A stretch of DNA of 64,000 nucleotides from Perna viridis (GCA_037379345.1 CM074515.1:10664001-10728000); one strand, 5' to 3'; positions 1-13,200 are shown, numbered from the stretch's first letter. Made by a program: numbers and translations. The notes: generated from the sequence alone by a model not told the origin.

Positions 1-16
1 GTAGTTAAATACCATT

Positions 17-346
17 TCTCGTTATGGTGTATCCCTCAGCATCATGAAAACTGATTTATTCAACGGGTCATAGTTTTCCTTCCCTCGTTTGTCTACCCTG
101 GACTTGACTTTTTATGAGCAACGCGGTGGGTGTTTCTAGAAAAGCAGAGGACGCTTACCCTACCAGTGCACCTGGTCCATGCTCCCAGTTTTTAGTGGAG
201 TCCGAGTTGCTCATTTACTTTTGTTACTTTGTATGTATGATTGTAGTTACTTTATGTTCTTAGTTGTGTATGTCTGTTTTCCATGTCTGGTCTTTGTTTT
301 ACATTCTTTTGATTACCGCTATAACCTTGGTTCCCTTGATTACTCT
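17..346 (+). mobile_element. 3' end of a Penelope-like (PLE) retroelement: RT C-terminus, stop codon and structured 3' UTR
   Basis: Reverse complement of 30347-30640, which is attached to an RT pseudogene. Frame 17-73 reads SRYGVSLSIMKTDLFNGS*. Ends ...CCCTTGATTACTCT, the same terminus as the copies at 30347 and 40683. No poly-A tail. Confidence 0.85.
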
Positions 347-1099
347 GTAAAGGGTAGAAAAAAATATTGAAAACTATTGAAATTTGGCAATTTTATCCTG
401 GTTTCTACTTTGGTGGAGTCACAGTGGAGTCACAGTATAGGACATGACTCCACTGTGAAGAGTGGAGAAATTAAAATTTTGGTTGATAGTAGTGTATTTA
501 AAGATAAATATTGGAATTTGTGTTATTCCATCACATACTCTGTCTTTTACAAAATATCTGAACATGTGAACCAGTATATTGATTTGAATGGGTTGTTGAC
601 TTTTGTATTGAAAAGATTCAATCGATGAATTAATAATAACAAACTACGACTGATCCATAGTTTCAACAGCACCATGTGCTTTCATTACCATTGAATGATT
701 GGCGGGATAATGGATTTGTCAATCTTTTTCTTATTTAAATTAAGTAATAAATGTATGAAAATTCTGCGAGTCATTTCATTTAATTCATATACACAATGGT
801 GCTGCACGTGTAGCGTTAATTTAATTATGCAATCAACCAATCAGTTACAGGTAAAATTGCAGTCACGGGTGGCTGCACATTGGCTAATTGACGTACACCT
901 GTCAAATAATTTTCAATAAACAATTAGGAGACAGGTAGCCAGGATGTTTATAAAGTAATAAAACCATGCTGACTGTAATTTATAAGGGTTGACTTTTTTT
1001 TTATGTCCGATATTGGAAAATGGTTGTCGGACATTTGCAAAATTTGTCAGTCAATGACTGGCATTTTTTACCATTTCCAGACCCTTGATATACGGTCAT

Positions 1100-1828
1100 G
1101 GGCTGTTTTTTTGATTTTTGGGTTCTGGCAATTTTATTTTTAGCTTTGGAAACCACAGTATGATTTCATATGCAAGTAGAGTGAATGTGCTTTAAAATGA
1201 GGCTTAAACAGAATTTTATCAAAAATATGGACTTGACAGCTGAAGAAGAGGTCATGAGTTAAGAAGGCCACAAAAAGTTTTTAAGGGTAGGGCTCAATTC
1301 TTGGCCTCTAACAACAGCAGAATGGATCCTAGTGCTTCATTTTACCTGGTTTCTAAAGAATAATGATGTCTCTCACCACTCTCACAATGTCAACCCCATA
1401 TACTAACCACTCCAGGTTTTAGGCCAATCTGAAGCCAAAAATTGCAAAATATTCTCATTTTTTCTCATGAATGACCCCTCTTGGGACCCCTGACCTTTCA
1501 CTTGTGACAGTAATGAACAATGTTTGTCTTGCTGTGGAAACTTTGGACACTGTCTTACCCCTGGTGAGCACCACATCTGGTGAAAAATGACCAAAATTGC
1601 CGAATATGAACATTTTCAGGCAACAGACCCATTTTCCTGTGCATGCACACCCACTCTCCCTTACACCACCTCCTCACCATATTCATCCCACTCTATGATC
1701 ATGTATCTTTAACTTATATAAAACAATCGGCATCAGCACCATGATGCAACTAATTTGCATATAATTTGCAAAAGTTTGTAAAATATCGAAATCTAGACAT
1801 TTTTTCTAACAATTCAGCATGGTGAGTG
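1100..1828. mobile_element. Degenerate non-autonomous DNA transposon, TTAA-ending (piggyBac-like), same family as 44762-45427
   Basis: Colinear similarity with 44762-45427 in blocks such as CTTTAAAATGAGGCT, GTCATGAGTT, AATGATGTCT.TCACCAC and CTAATTTGCATATAATTTGCA. Right end TTCAGCATGGTGAGTG-TTAA. Left boundary approximate. Confidence 0.65.
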
Positions 1829-2502
1829 TTAAAATGCAGCAGGATTCTAGGATATCAAATTTTGGTCCATATCTCTGCTTAAAAATGAATTGATAGTAAC
1901 CAACTGTGGCTTAATCAATAAAATGGGACCTTATTAGACATCATTAACTTAAGTTCTGTTTGATTGAAAAAATAATCCACTGAAGGCTGTTGAAGGTTCT
2001 GATTAGCCAGTACTTAATGATAAATTTTCTGTGCCCTCTACAATCCTTCTCTTTTTCATGTGACTTGATGAATCTAAACTTTCTATTGTAACCCAAGAGG
2101 AAACAGATTTTAGCCCATGTCTCTGGTGACCAATAGTAACCAAAATTGACCACATTAATGAGTGTTCTTTTATGGGCATATTCTTTAAAAGGTGTTCTTT
2201 TAAAAAAAATTGATATTTGAAATATGTTTGTTCCTTGCTTGTTCATGTATATAGAAATATCTCTAGTGTATAGAACAGTACACAGTTGATCAATAAGATT
2301 CCCTGAAGCCTGTTGTTATTTTATTGAATAGAAAAACAGATATATGTTCAGATGATGGTCTTCAACAAGACAGTGTAAACACACCTTCAAGAAAAAAATT
2401 CTGCTGAATGTTTCATTCACTTATTTGGATGTAATCAGGTAGTGATTCTTTTTGTATATTCATCACAAGTTGAAATGGCCTCATTTAATGTCAAGAACAT
2501 TA

Positions 2503-2787
2503 CAGAAATCAGGAGCATTTAAGATATTCTTCAGCAATACACAACAGAATGCAGGAGCATTAGATATTCTTCAGCAATACACAATAGAACGCAGTAGCTT
2601 AAGGTATTCTTCAGCACTGCACTACAGAACACAGTAGCATAAGGTATTCTTCAGCAATACACTACAGAACGCATGAGCATAAGGTATTCTTCAGCAATAC
2701 ACTACAGAACGCAGGAGCATAAGGTATTCTTCAGCAATACACTACAGAAAGCAGGAGCATAAGGTATTTACCAATACATTTCAGAAT
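2503..2787. repeat. 40-bp minisatellite, ~7 copies (AAGGTATTCTTCAGCAATACACTACAGAACGCAGGAGCAT)
   Basis: AAGGTATT recurs at 2641, 2681, 2721 and 2761, with more diverged copies upstream. Confidence 0.95.
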
Positions 2788-3609
2788 GGGACAATCAACC
2801 TTGAAAAGTCTTAGATTTGAGACAATATCTGTTTTGTGATGAAAGTTAATCTGTGAATGAGGGAGAAGTCACATATGGTAGGGTAACAGATTAAGGTGTT
2901 ATAGAAAATGACTTCCTGTATGTAAATTCTCATGTCAAATATCACATCAATGGTTACAGTGAAACTTGGTTGCAGCAGATGACTTTGGTGTACCTATCAT
3001 ATCACTTTGCAACTCCTGCATAAATTGAAGAAAAAAAAAACAGTCCAAAAAGCGTTTGGATTAAACTGGTATTACTGAATATATTTAATTACAGATTATT
3101 TGTTAAACATATATTGCCTTGTAATTGTTGTTGGCGTGGTTGTTTCAACTTAACGTTCTGATTTTTGGAATTTCCGTATCCTGATATATTCTATTTGAGA
3201 CTTTAAAGTTACATGTTCTGAGAAATAAGGTCATATAAATGTAAACTGGGTAATGTGCAAATCCATAATGACTCTACTTATTTCAGTACCTAATAAATAC
3301 AAAGATACCAATTATATATATTGTAAATTTTGATATGCTGTATGCAGGTTTCAAGGAGTAACCTTTGATCAGCAGAATTAGAATCAAATATATAGGAAGA
3401 TCTAAATCCAAAAATTAAATGATTTGGCAGCTTGTTGTTAGGATGATTGCCTGTTATATGTCAAATTTGACAATTCTCACACACTGATCTAAATTGATGG
3501 TAGACATGTTAATGTAAACTTATAAAGCTATAGTTGTTCAATTTTGATGAAATTAAACAATTATGACTTTAGAATTACTTGTTAATAATCATGAAATGCA
3601 AACAGGGTA

Positions 3610-3645
3610 CAGTGAGTAATTTAGGCTCCTTAGAGCATCTTGTTG
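3610..3645 (+). mobile_element. Isolated 3' terminus of a Helentron-type non-autonomous element (HINE)
   Basis: CAGTGAGTAATTTAGGCTCCTTAGAGCATCTTGTT matches the 3' end at 33294-33330 (subTIR, GCTC..GAGC hairpin, CTTGTT). Confidence 0.5.
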
Positions 3646-3862
3646 TTTTAAGATGTGATCAGTTACAAAATAGTGCTCATTGTCTTACAAATTTATAAGG
3701 TGTATTCTCATATTGTCTGTCTGTGTCTGTTTGACTATTCACCAGTCACACCTCAAAGTTAGGTTTATTTTGAAATACTTTGTTGAAGGACTTTGTGATT
3801 ATGCCCAGTTTTTATTTAAATGGATCATCATTGAATAGTTGCTCCTTAAATTCAAACATACT

Positions 3863-4072
3863 TACTGTGAAAGTACTTTATTTCATGGATACCATTTTTC
3901 AAGGATTAGGGAAGAAACACAGATTTGTGGATTCTTGAATTCATGGTTTTGAGGTTTTCAGTATATACTTCAGTGGAAAACTCATTTTCGTTAGGAACCA
4001 AATTTAGTGGTTTGGTCTACCCACAAAAACCACGAAAATTGGTACCCCATGAACAATAATACTTTCACAGTA
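3863..4072. mobile_element. MITE with TA target duplication (Tc1/mariner-like)
   Basis: Terminal inverted repeats TA-CTGTGAAAGTA...TACTTTCACAG-TA, continuing inward imperfectly (TTCATGGATACCA / TGGTACCCCATGAA). Confidence 0.85.
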
Positions 4073-7000
4073 ATAGTTTCAACATGGTTTTGATTTCACT
4101 GAAATGTACTTTTAGTTTCTAAATTTGCTTTGTCATATTTTAATCTACTAAATGGTATCAGTGCTTCTTGTAAACAAGTCATGGATATATTTTATTTTCA
4201 ATAATCATCGTGAATGATTCAATTGCTTGACTTAAAAGGAAATATATGTAATTAAATAATAGTGAGTAAAGGCTTAACCCCATGTTTGTAAATTACCCAT
4301 TTTGTAGTTTCACACTTTGGGCCTTTTCCCTCTATTGAGAACCACCTGCATGTGAAAAAGCTATATTTGAAATACTAAGCCGTCATCAATAGTAAACTCT
4401 GAGCCAATTAAGAGAAGATGCATGTGATCTGACTATAAGTACTACTGATCATTGAGTCTTTTAAAAGTGGGCTTAGAGCTCTGTATAATAAACCAGTGGG
4501 ATAGAACTTGATTAAAAGCTTTAACTGATATTGTACCATTAATTATTAAAGTTAGAAATCTTTTCTCATCAGAGTCTACTCTCTTCATGATTATACTGTT
4601 GGTAAACATTAAATGTGAAAAATGACCAATAATACAAAAAATTGGCCAACTGAGTTTCACTGCTAGTCAAGCTGTGCCTTTATTATCCTACAGCACTAAT
4701 ATCCAAATTAATGTCTCTTTGTCCATTATTGCATTGGTAGCATTATTTTTCATTTTTAAATGGGAGAATTTGTCATTTTGTCAAATAAATGCAGTATCAT
4801 GCTCTGTAATGTGTAATTTCAAAGAGATTAGAATGAAATGAAATTATTTTTATGCTTAATAGTGCAATTAATGTAGAAATGGTGGTCATGGGGTGCACTC
4901 CATTACTGGTCTGGTACTAGAGCCAGCTTTGTAAAGGGCTCTCTTCTGTAGGAGGTACATTTCTTTTAGTTTGTTTCTCTGTGTTCAATAATGTGTGGGC
5001 TGGTATTAGCTTTATGCATGTTCATTATCTGTATTTTCTGCAGTCAAATAATGTTGTCATTATTAGCTAATATAGCGTTTACATGTAGCAGTTTTTGCAA
5101 GAGCTTGTTTTGACTTTTTTAGTGAAATATTAATTGATATCAGTATTTTATGGAGCACTTACCATATGCCAAAATTAGAAACACCTAAAATTTGTGTATA
5201 CCTTTTCATCCCAAAATTGTTGAATTTAACACCTGCCAGAGTAACCTTCCATCAGTATTAAATTTTCAAATATCTTTGTCTGCTTCACTGCAGATATTGG
5301 GTAATTTTTCAAAAGAATGGTAGAAACCTATTTCTTGGCAACTATATTCCAGGTCTCCTTTACTCTGATGGTACAAATAGTCTAACAATACATTTTAAGT
5401 GCATGGACCCTAACAATGTTTTAATTTTTTAGCATCAAACATTTAATGCCAAAAATATGATCTATGACATGTATCTTGCACCATCCTTTCTATAATCTAT
5501 TAATTTTTCCAAACATAGTTTGACACTATTTTTTCTGAATCTTCTTATTACGTCATGGATATATATGCAAAATTGCATCTTATTGATGACTTTTTTTTGG
5601 CTGTGTAGAGCAATCAATATATGCCATGAGGATATGGAGTACCCACAGTTGATAGAGACCTGTAATTATAATTGACCTTTTAAAATCTAAGAAACATCTT
5701 TATGGCAGCGCCTCCTCTTAAACTGATTCACAAATAACTCTTAATAGAATTTATTGTGTGAAACAGCCTGCATTTTACTTTCAGATAGCGGTTGTATAGA
5801 TCTTTTGAAGTACAGGAATATTGACAGAATGTCTTATCTTTGACATTTTACTTGACGGAAGCATATTCCTACCGAGACAATAAAATGGTATATATTCTGA
5901 TTTATGTACTTGTTGAACATATTAACTCAAAGGTAATAGTCAGTTCTATGTAATTGCTTGATGAGACTCATTCTTTTATTGTACAATGGAGACACTGTTT
6001 TTCTGTGATAAAATGATTAAAGGGTTATTATAGTAAGAACCGGTACTAATAACACTATACAGTTCAAACTTATTTTACATTCTTAAAGTAGAAATCAATA
6101 GACAAGATTCCAATTACATTGCCAGACTTATGTCATTTTCACTGGCTACAGAAATGGCCATAAACAAACATTAGTTCTATTGCCAATTTATGGACAAATA
6201 TGAAAAACAGAAACCCTTATTGTGCAGTGTTCCCTTAGAGTACTATTGATTACCTTAACAGAATTGGCTGCTAGCACATATTGCCTTATCTTTTATTACA
6301 TACGAAGAATATAGATTGTTACTTGTTGTGAATTGATATCTCAAAGGATCCAAAAATTTCTCGGTAAAGTTGATGATATCATCTCCCATATGACAAAAAG
6401 TTTTCCGTGAGAACTTGGATGATAATTACATTGTATAGAAATTAACGTGCTTCTATCTACATCATGAACCGTAAATCTCAGTCTGTAATTTTTTCTAACA
6501 AGTTATCGAATGTTTGTTGCTCCTTGTACAATTGAATAATTCTGCTTCAATAGCTCTTTGTGACTAACGATGATAAAAGGAATGAATCTACTTCGTCTTT
6601 TGATCTGAAACAATCTTAAAGCATAGAACATATTTTTTGATATAATTATGCCATTTACAGGCACGATGTTATGTGATATGACATTGATGTTCTTTATCAT
6701 GACACTTGACATGAAAGGTCTGAGATGCATCTTACATTCTATCATTGGTATTCTGTCCTGAATCTTCGAAACTGCATTCAGTTTGTTCCCTTAATAATTG
6801 TGTTGTGAAAAATAAGCCATAAGTTGCCAATTTGTCCTTAACTTTTGATTTTTGAAGAAATAAAAGGATGATATTGAGTGTTTTTTCATCAGATGGTTCT
6901 TACTAACTTATAATAGTTTCACTTATTGTTCTGCTAGACTATCATTTATAAGTATCTACTGGACTAACACTGTAAGCAACATCAATCTGGTTCAACTAGT

Positions 7001-7200
7001 ATGGACTGCATAATAAAAAATCCAATTATTTACAGGGAACTCCCTGGAAAGGAAGTAGAATTGGACCTTGGATCAAGAAATACCAGGGGCCTTGAAAAAA
7101 TTCAGGCAAAAACGACAAACAAGATATAGAAATCTCACAAATTACACAAACAAAAATCAAGAAACAGTCGGAACTCCAGCGAAAAATGAGAATTATTACA

Positions 7201-7246
7201 AGGTGCACCAGTAGGGTAAGTTCCTCTGCTTTTCTAGAAACACACC
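7201..7246 (-). mobile_element. Short fragment of the PLE 3' UTR core
   Basis: AGGTGCACCAGTAGGGTAAGTTCCTCTGCTTTTCTAGAAACAC is approximately the reverse complement of 130-173. Confidence 0.75.
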
Positions 7247-8094
7247 CCAGAAACAAAAAGATGGATGGTTAGAATTCAGGAAACTCACCCCAGAAACTAA
7301 AGGATGGATGGATGGTGAGAATTCAGAAAAAAATATGGTCAAGTAGAAAACAAATGATACATGAACAATGCAAATTGTGCAAGCTAGTGTAAATTTGGGC
7401 AAAATAAGGAGTTGCCAGGATCAGGCAGGATGTGGGAGAAAACTATTCTTTGCCTGCATCTATACAAGGTAATTTCCTTCGAATCATGTAACATTTATAA
7501 CTTTAATCCAAGTTGTCAGCCATGAATTTTCCATGCCTGCAGAATTTTAAGTTACAAGATATTTCATTACATAATATTTGTGATTATTCGTGAGTTGGTA
7601 TCATGGCTCTACCCTTAAGCTGGTATGATAGAAATGGAATCATGTATGAATACCTGCATTACATCACAATAAGATTCATTAAAACCGATCAGGCTCCTGA
7701 ATAATAAAACTTTATTGTATTGATTAATTGCATAAAACTGGCCATTGTAAGAAATGATGGGAATTCCATGTTCCTGAGTCTGATTTATTGACAACTGTAT
7801 ACAATTAAATGAGTTTTGTTAATTTAGTATCCTTATTTGTCAGATAGTTAGATGAGATAGGATGCTTTACTGGTAGTATGATCAAGGACAAAGAAGTCTA
7901 GTAACAGTGTTCTCTGTGTCTTTGTGGGGATAAAAACAATCTTATATACTTAGATGTGAATGAGCTGTATTGTTTTGTCTCCTGACTTTTTGTAGCTTTG
8001 AGACTTAAGAGTTTGTTTTCATCTTTTGTCATTTGGTCTCTACACCAGTCTTTCATTTGAAGAATTTGTTTTAATACATTAGTATGTTGAGTTA

Positions 8095-8708
8095 TTGAAG
8101 GAGAATATTGTATGAAGTTCGCTGAGTGTAGGCATCCGTCCATCCGCGTTTTCTGCAATTTTTTGTTATGCTTTAACCGAATAAGTTAGTTTTTTGGTAT
8201 GTGGCCTTATTATGAAGAATTACAGATTAAATTTGACTTTGGTTACAGTTGAATGATTTTCACGGAAGTTATAGCCCTTGGACGTAGAAAATTTCAGTGA
8301 AGTTTTCCGTGCTTTTTTTTTGTAATGCTTTTACTAATTGATTTTATATTTTGTTATATTTTGTATGTAGTCTTACTATGAAAAGTCACAAATTAAGGTT
8401 GATTGTGGTTACAGTTGAACAATTTTTACGGAAGATATGGCCCTTGGACTTACAAAATTTCAGTGAATTTACAGTTTTCCGCACTTTTTTGTAACGCTTT
8501 TACCAATTGATTTTAAATTTTGTATGTAGTCTTACTATGAGAAGTTACTGATTAAGTTCTTCTTTTGGTTACGGTTGATTGATTTTTATGGAATTTATGG
8601 CCCTTGGACTTAGAAAATTTCATTGAATTTAAAGTTTTCTGCACTTTTCGCTGGGGACATTGGTACGCTGTTCTGTTATTGTATTTCAGGCTCTCTAAAG
8701 TCTTTAGT
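8095..8708 (+). mobile_element. HINE-like element with three ~160-166 bp internal tandem repeats
   Basis: (A/G)TCC microsatellite near 8134. GCCCTTGGAC.TA.AAAATTTCA.TGA recurs at ~8274, 8440 and 8600. 3' end CAGGCTCTCTAAAGTCTTTAGTT. Boundaries approximate. Confidence 0.7.
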
Positions 8709-9420
8709 TAAAATTGATTTGTTAATGTTGTTAATCATTCTAGAATTTCATTTTGTCTACCACTGCAACTTAGTTAAGTTTGAATTTTAGTTTAATTACT
8801 GTTTTAAAGAAATTATAGCACTTCAGTTAAATTTTAATTTTGAATAAGATGTTGAAAAGGTGCCATTTTGATTCTAGTCAAATTCTTATCCTGTGACATA
8901 TATTTACTTGGAATCAAAATTCAGAGCTGTATCAAGCTAGTTGGTACATCCATACATGCCCAAAATGTTCATTATTCAACGTCTGTGGTTGTATCAAGCT
9001 GCATCCAGATGATAATTTTATCTATATATATATACCAGTTTATGGAACTATTCAATCTTTTTATTTAAATATTCTTATGTCCAGATCTTTGAGGTGGTTT
9101 TTTGAATCCATAGCAATCTTTATTCGGTTTTTATTCCGAGTTTCTTGGTTATTAATATATATTGCAAAGCTTATAATTGTACATGCATTGCTAGTAGATA
9201 AGGAAATTTAATTGGAACAAGTTGTATGACTGATAGATTTAATACAATCTATTTGGTGTGATCAGATATGGAGAATAATGGCAGTATTAGATATTTTCCA
9301 TTTTATTGATGAAAATTAATGAAAATCAGTTTAGCATTATGTTCAAATAATAATATGTTGAAGGCATGTGCATTGCCTACAGAAGCAGGCACCATAATTT
9401 TGAACTCTTTTGAATTCTCA

Positions 9421-9700
9421 TTTTTAGCTCACCAGGTTGAAGGCCATGTGAGCTATTGTTTTCACTTTGTGTCCGTCTTTGTTAGTGTAAACTTCTCCTT
9501 TGAAACCACTCTGGCAATTTCAATCAAACATGACATGAATATTCCCTAGGATGTCCTCTGTATAATTGTTATGGGGATTTTGATTCATTAAAAAACATAG
9601 CCACTGTTACTAAAACTTGACCATAGGGGTCAGTCAGAGGTTCCCCATGTATCTCTAGATCTGTTAGGTTTAGCTAAATTCTAAAATCAGGTAACTTCCG
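9421..9700 (+). mobile_element. 5' part of a HINE (TTTTTAGCTCACC family)
   Basis: TTTTTAGCTCACCAGG..GGCCATGTGAGCT 5' hairpin; the body is colinear with the 28041 and 32521 copies. Confidence 0.8.
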
Positions 9701-10165
9701 TTAGAATCTTGGTTTCCTTGATATGATTACTCATTCGAAACTTTGATGACCAGATTGTTTTCCAGTCAAAACAACTGGTTACCAGGAAGTGCTAATTTAC
9801 ATGACGTACATAGTCAAATGTAAAGAGCCCCTGTGTCTGAATTGGAAACTTGGTAATGTTTGATGCTAACCGATCTGTTCATCTTTTAATGTAAACTTGT
9901 TCTCTAAGAAGCAAAAAATACACATAGAACACTTATGTATGATATTTTAGAGGTACATTTTGATCTTGTATGAAGCTAGAACTAAGAAGCTATGGCAGTA
10001 GATACAGCACCGATCAGCAGCTTAATGTAGAGGAGTAACAAAAAATTATACAAATCATATGTGAATGTAAAGTACTGAAATTACGAGTGCAAGAAGTCAC
10101 TAACAAAATGATCCGCTTAATTGACTCTGATAGTATATGCATTGACCTAGATATGATGGTTAATT

Positions 10166-10246
10166 GAGCACATGTGATATATATTAACAAAGAGCACATG
10201 TGATATATATTAACAGAGGGCACTTGTGATATGTTAACAAAGAGCA
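10166..10246. repeat. 26-bp tandem repeat, ~3 copies
   Basis: GAGCACATGTGATATATATTAACA at 10166 and 10192, plus a diverged third copy. Confidence 0.85.
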
Positions 10247-13200
10247 GGGATAAATGTCATAGCATAATGAAACTTGCATCTCAAACTGCAAGGAATGGTA
10301 ACTTTCTTTGCTGAAATTTAAGAGTCAAAATAAAATAGTTTTGTGAAAAGAAAGACAACTACTAGGTTCATTTGTTTGAAAAGGTGTGAACTATTATCAA
10401 CATAAGTAACTGATTGGTAAACATTCAGTAAAATCAAAGTCACAGATATTGATACAGGGTACTTGAGGGAGATAAGTTGTCAAGGAACACAATCCAGGGG
10501 AGATTACTTATGTTTGTCTTTGATAAACTTTGATGATACATGTGCTTGTTCTACCTGTCAATCTTAGGTGAGCTAATGCAATTTCAGGTGATTCGAATGC
10601 AATTGGTTTGACAGAAATCTGAGAATAATGATGTGTTAAATAAACAGAGGCGTTCTAACCATATCCAAGATGGATCAATAGCCCTTGAAGGATTGAAATC
10701 GATGTCAAGTGATATTGCATTCTGATTAAAACTCAAATGACAAATGATTCACATACTTTTTAACAGAAGAAGAAATCGTTAAATGTGTTGATTCACTTGA
10801 TTATTCAAGAATTTAAAGTGGCAGTGTATTTCTATAGCTAGACCTCTCCAGCACTTGGAATTTCATCTATCATGGCAATGTTGCTATTTTAGCACTTAAA
10901 CAAATTAAAGGTCCACATTCTAGACCAATTACCAGTTTTTTTATTGCATCCTTTGTCTACCCTCATTTGAAACATTCTTGTATCTGAAAGACCTCCTCGG
11001 AGTTAGGACAACTTCAGACATATTTCAGTAATTTCCTCTAAATGCTTTTGGCAGTGTTTTCTGATGTTCGGTACTTTTATGGCTTTTGTTAACAGTTGAA
11101 ATAGAAATACTGATATGCCTTATAAAGGCTTTTAAATAGCATAATGCTAAAAAATATATTGGATTGTATAGAATAAAAGGATACAGAATTTACATTTTAT
11201 ATACCCACTTGGCAAATTGTCTACAACTGAATTGTAAATTTGGTACACTGCATTTATTTTATTTCCATATCGGATTGAAGACCCATATCAAATTTATATA
11301 ATATCATTTGTGAATAGATTCTCGTCGGATAGAATGACAAAAATCTAATTATTTTCCATATTTCCTGATAAAATTTCATATTTATGGAGGTCTTTAGAGG
11401 AAAATAAAATTGTTCAGTCTGCAGTGATGCCACCTGACACTGTAGGAAAGTTGTATATGATGTATGTAATACTGGAGACGAGAAAAACTTGTATAGGGTT
11501 ATATTTGTATTGTTTTTTTTACAGTCCTTTATACCATTAAGTTTAAGGCCACATCTCGCTACATAACAAGAATGTTCAAAGAGACAACAACCCCACCGGG
11601 ATGAAAATACTATACATGGTAAAACATTAGATGAAGTTATCAGAATATTGTATAAACATCTTTGTCCATATCCAACTAATTTTTCAAACAAGAATCTACT
11701 TTGTGGTCATTGTAAATTATCTTTGTATTAATTTGCAGTAACTGATATTAACTTTCTAATAGTTGCTATAAAATATCTCCTTTTTTTCATTTCAATCATA
11801 ATTTTCTTACTGGGATTGTTGTCTTGCAGACATTTCCTCACTTCTTGATGAAGGGTTGCACAAAAGTTCAAGATGATAAAAGACATATGCAACAATGTTC
11901 TTTCTATTAGTTAATTAGATGTTGTTGTCTTTTTTGTTTTTTTGTTTTTTCTTTAAATATGGATGTTCTGACGATCTTTGTATGTTTTCAGTATTGGTTA
12001 CTAATGAATTGACCAAGAATATCTGGTAACTAGTTTTGTAAGTTTATAGTACAACTGTACCAAGTTTAGAACAAGAACCACAATTTTCACAAGTTTTGAT
12101 GGTACCTTGATATTCCCTGTTATATCGACTATTTGGTATCAAGTTTGTTACACTTGTTATGGTATAATGATAAACATTTTACCATTTGGCTTTTTCAACG
12201 TCGTCCACACTTGGTACAATAACTCCAAAAATCTGTGACAACCTTTTATGATAATTGTTTAGTACAAAGGCAGTATTCAGTATAGAAAGCCATTTTTTTT
12301 TTCATTCTTTTATCAATTTTTTGTTATTTGACTTGATCAGTATCTGCTTTAGGGCAACTCCAAGGAGTTTGATAATTTAATGGCTACCCTTAAGAACAGA
12401 AAGAAGCTTGCTATAATAATACCCCCCATGGTGCTGTATTCATTAGGAATATCACCCTGTATGTGTGTATATGATGGGTACCATAGAATATAGATCCGTA
12501 TAACCTTTGTATTTCCATGGATTTAGTTCTATACTAGATGTCAATAGACTGTTTATTTCAAATTTCTAATCTATGGCTCAAATATTGATCAGTTGAAGAT
12601 AATGCTTTTGACATTTATTTCTCAATTGATTTAAGAAAATGCTCACATTAAATGTTTGCTGAACTTTTATCTAATTAGAGATTTGATCATGTTAGGTCCA
12701 ATTAAGATAAAGTTTAACCAGATTGAAACAGAAATTTAATTTTGTTTTTTAAGTCCAATAGTTTACAGTAAAGTTGTCAATATCAGAGTGTTGTACCATT
12801 GCAGTAGTACATTGAATCCTTAGTGAAATTTAAAAACCTGTCAAAACTAATTATGTAGTTAATATCTTTTAAGGCCATAATCAAGAAATTACTAGATTAT
12901 CATCCGCATTTTTTAGCTGGTACATTATGTTTCAGATTATTTATTTCATGTCTTTGTCTCTTGATGACTTTTTTAGGTCTTTCTTTTGACAAATATGGTC
13001 TATCTGTCAGCTTTTTTCTGTTCGTTCTTTTGCTAATCTGTCTTTTAATCCATCCATCCTCTCACCCGTGAGCTGATAATTAATGTTAAAATGTTGAAGT
13101 TTGTGTATTGTTTTAACAGTGAAGGACATATTGATAGGTCATGTTTTAATCTTCATGTGTGAATTATCCTCAGATCTCTCTTAACATTGTGTTTAAGTGG

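Noticed and set aside
11254-11691. 145-aa minus-strand ORF
   Set aside because: No recognisable motif, non-ATG start, and a composition typical of translated AT-rich non-coding DNA.
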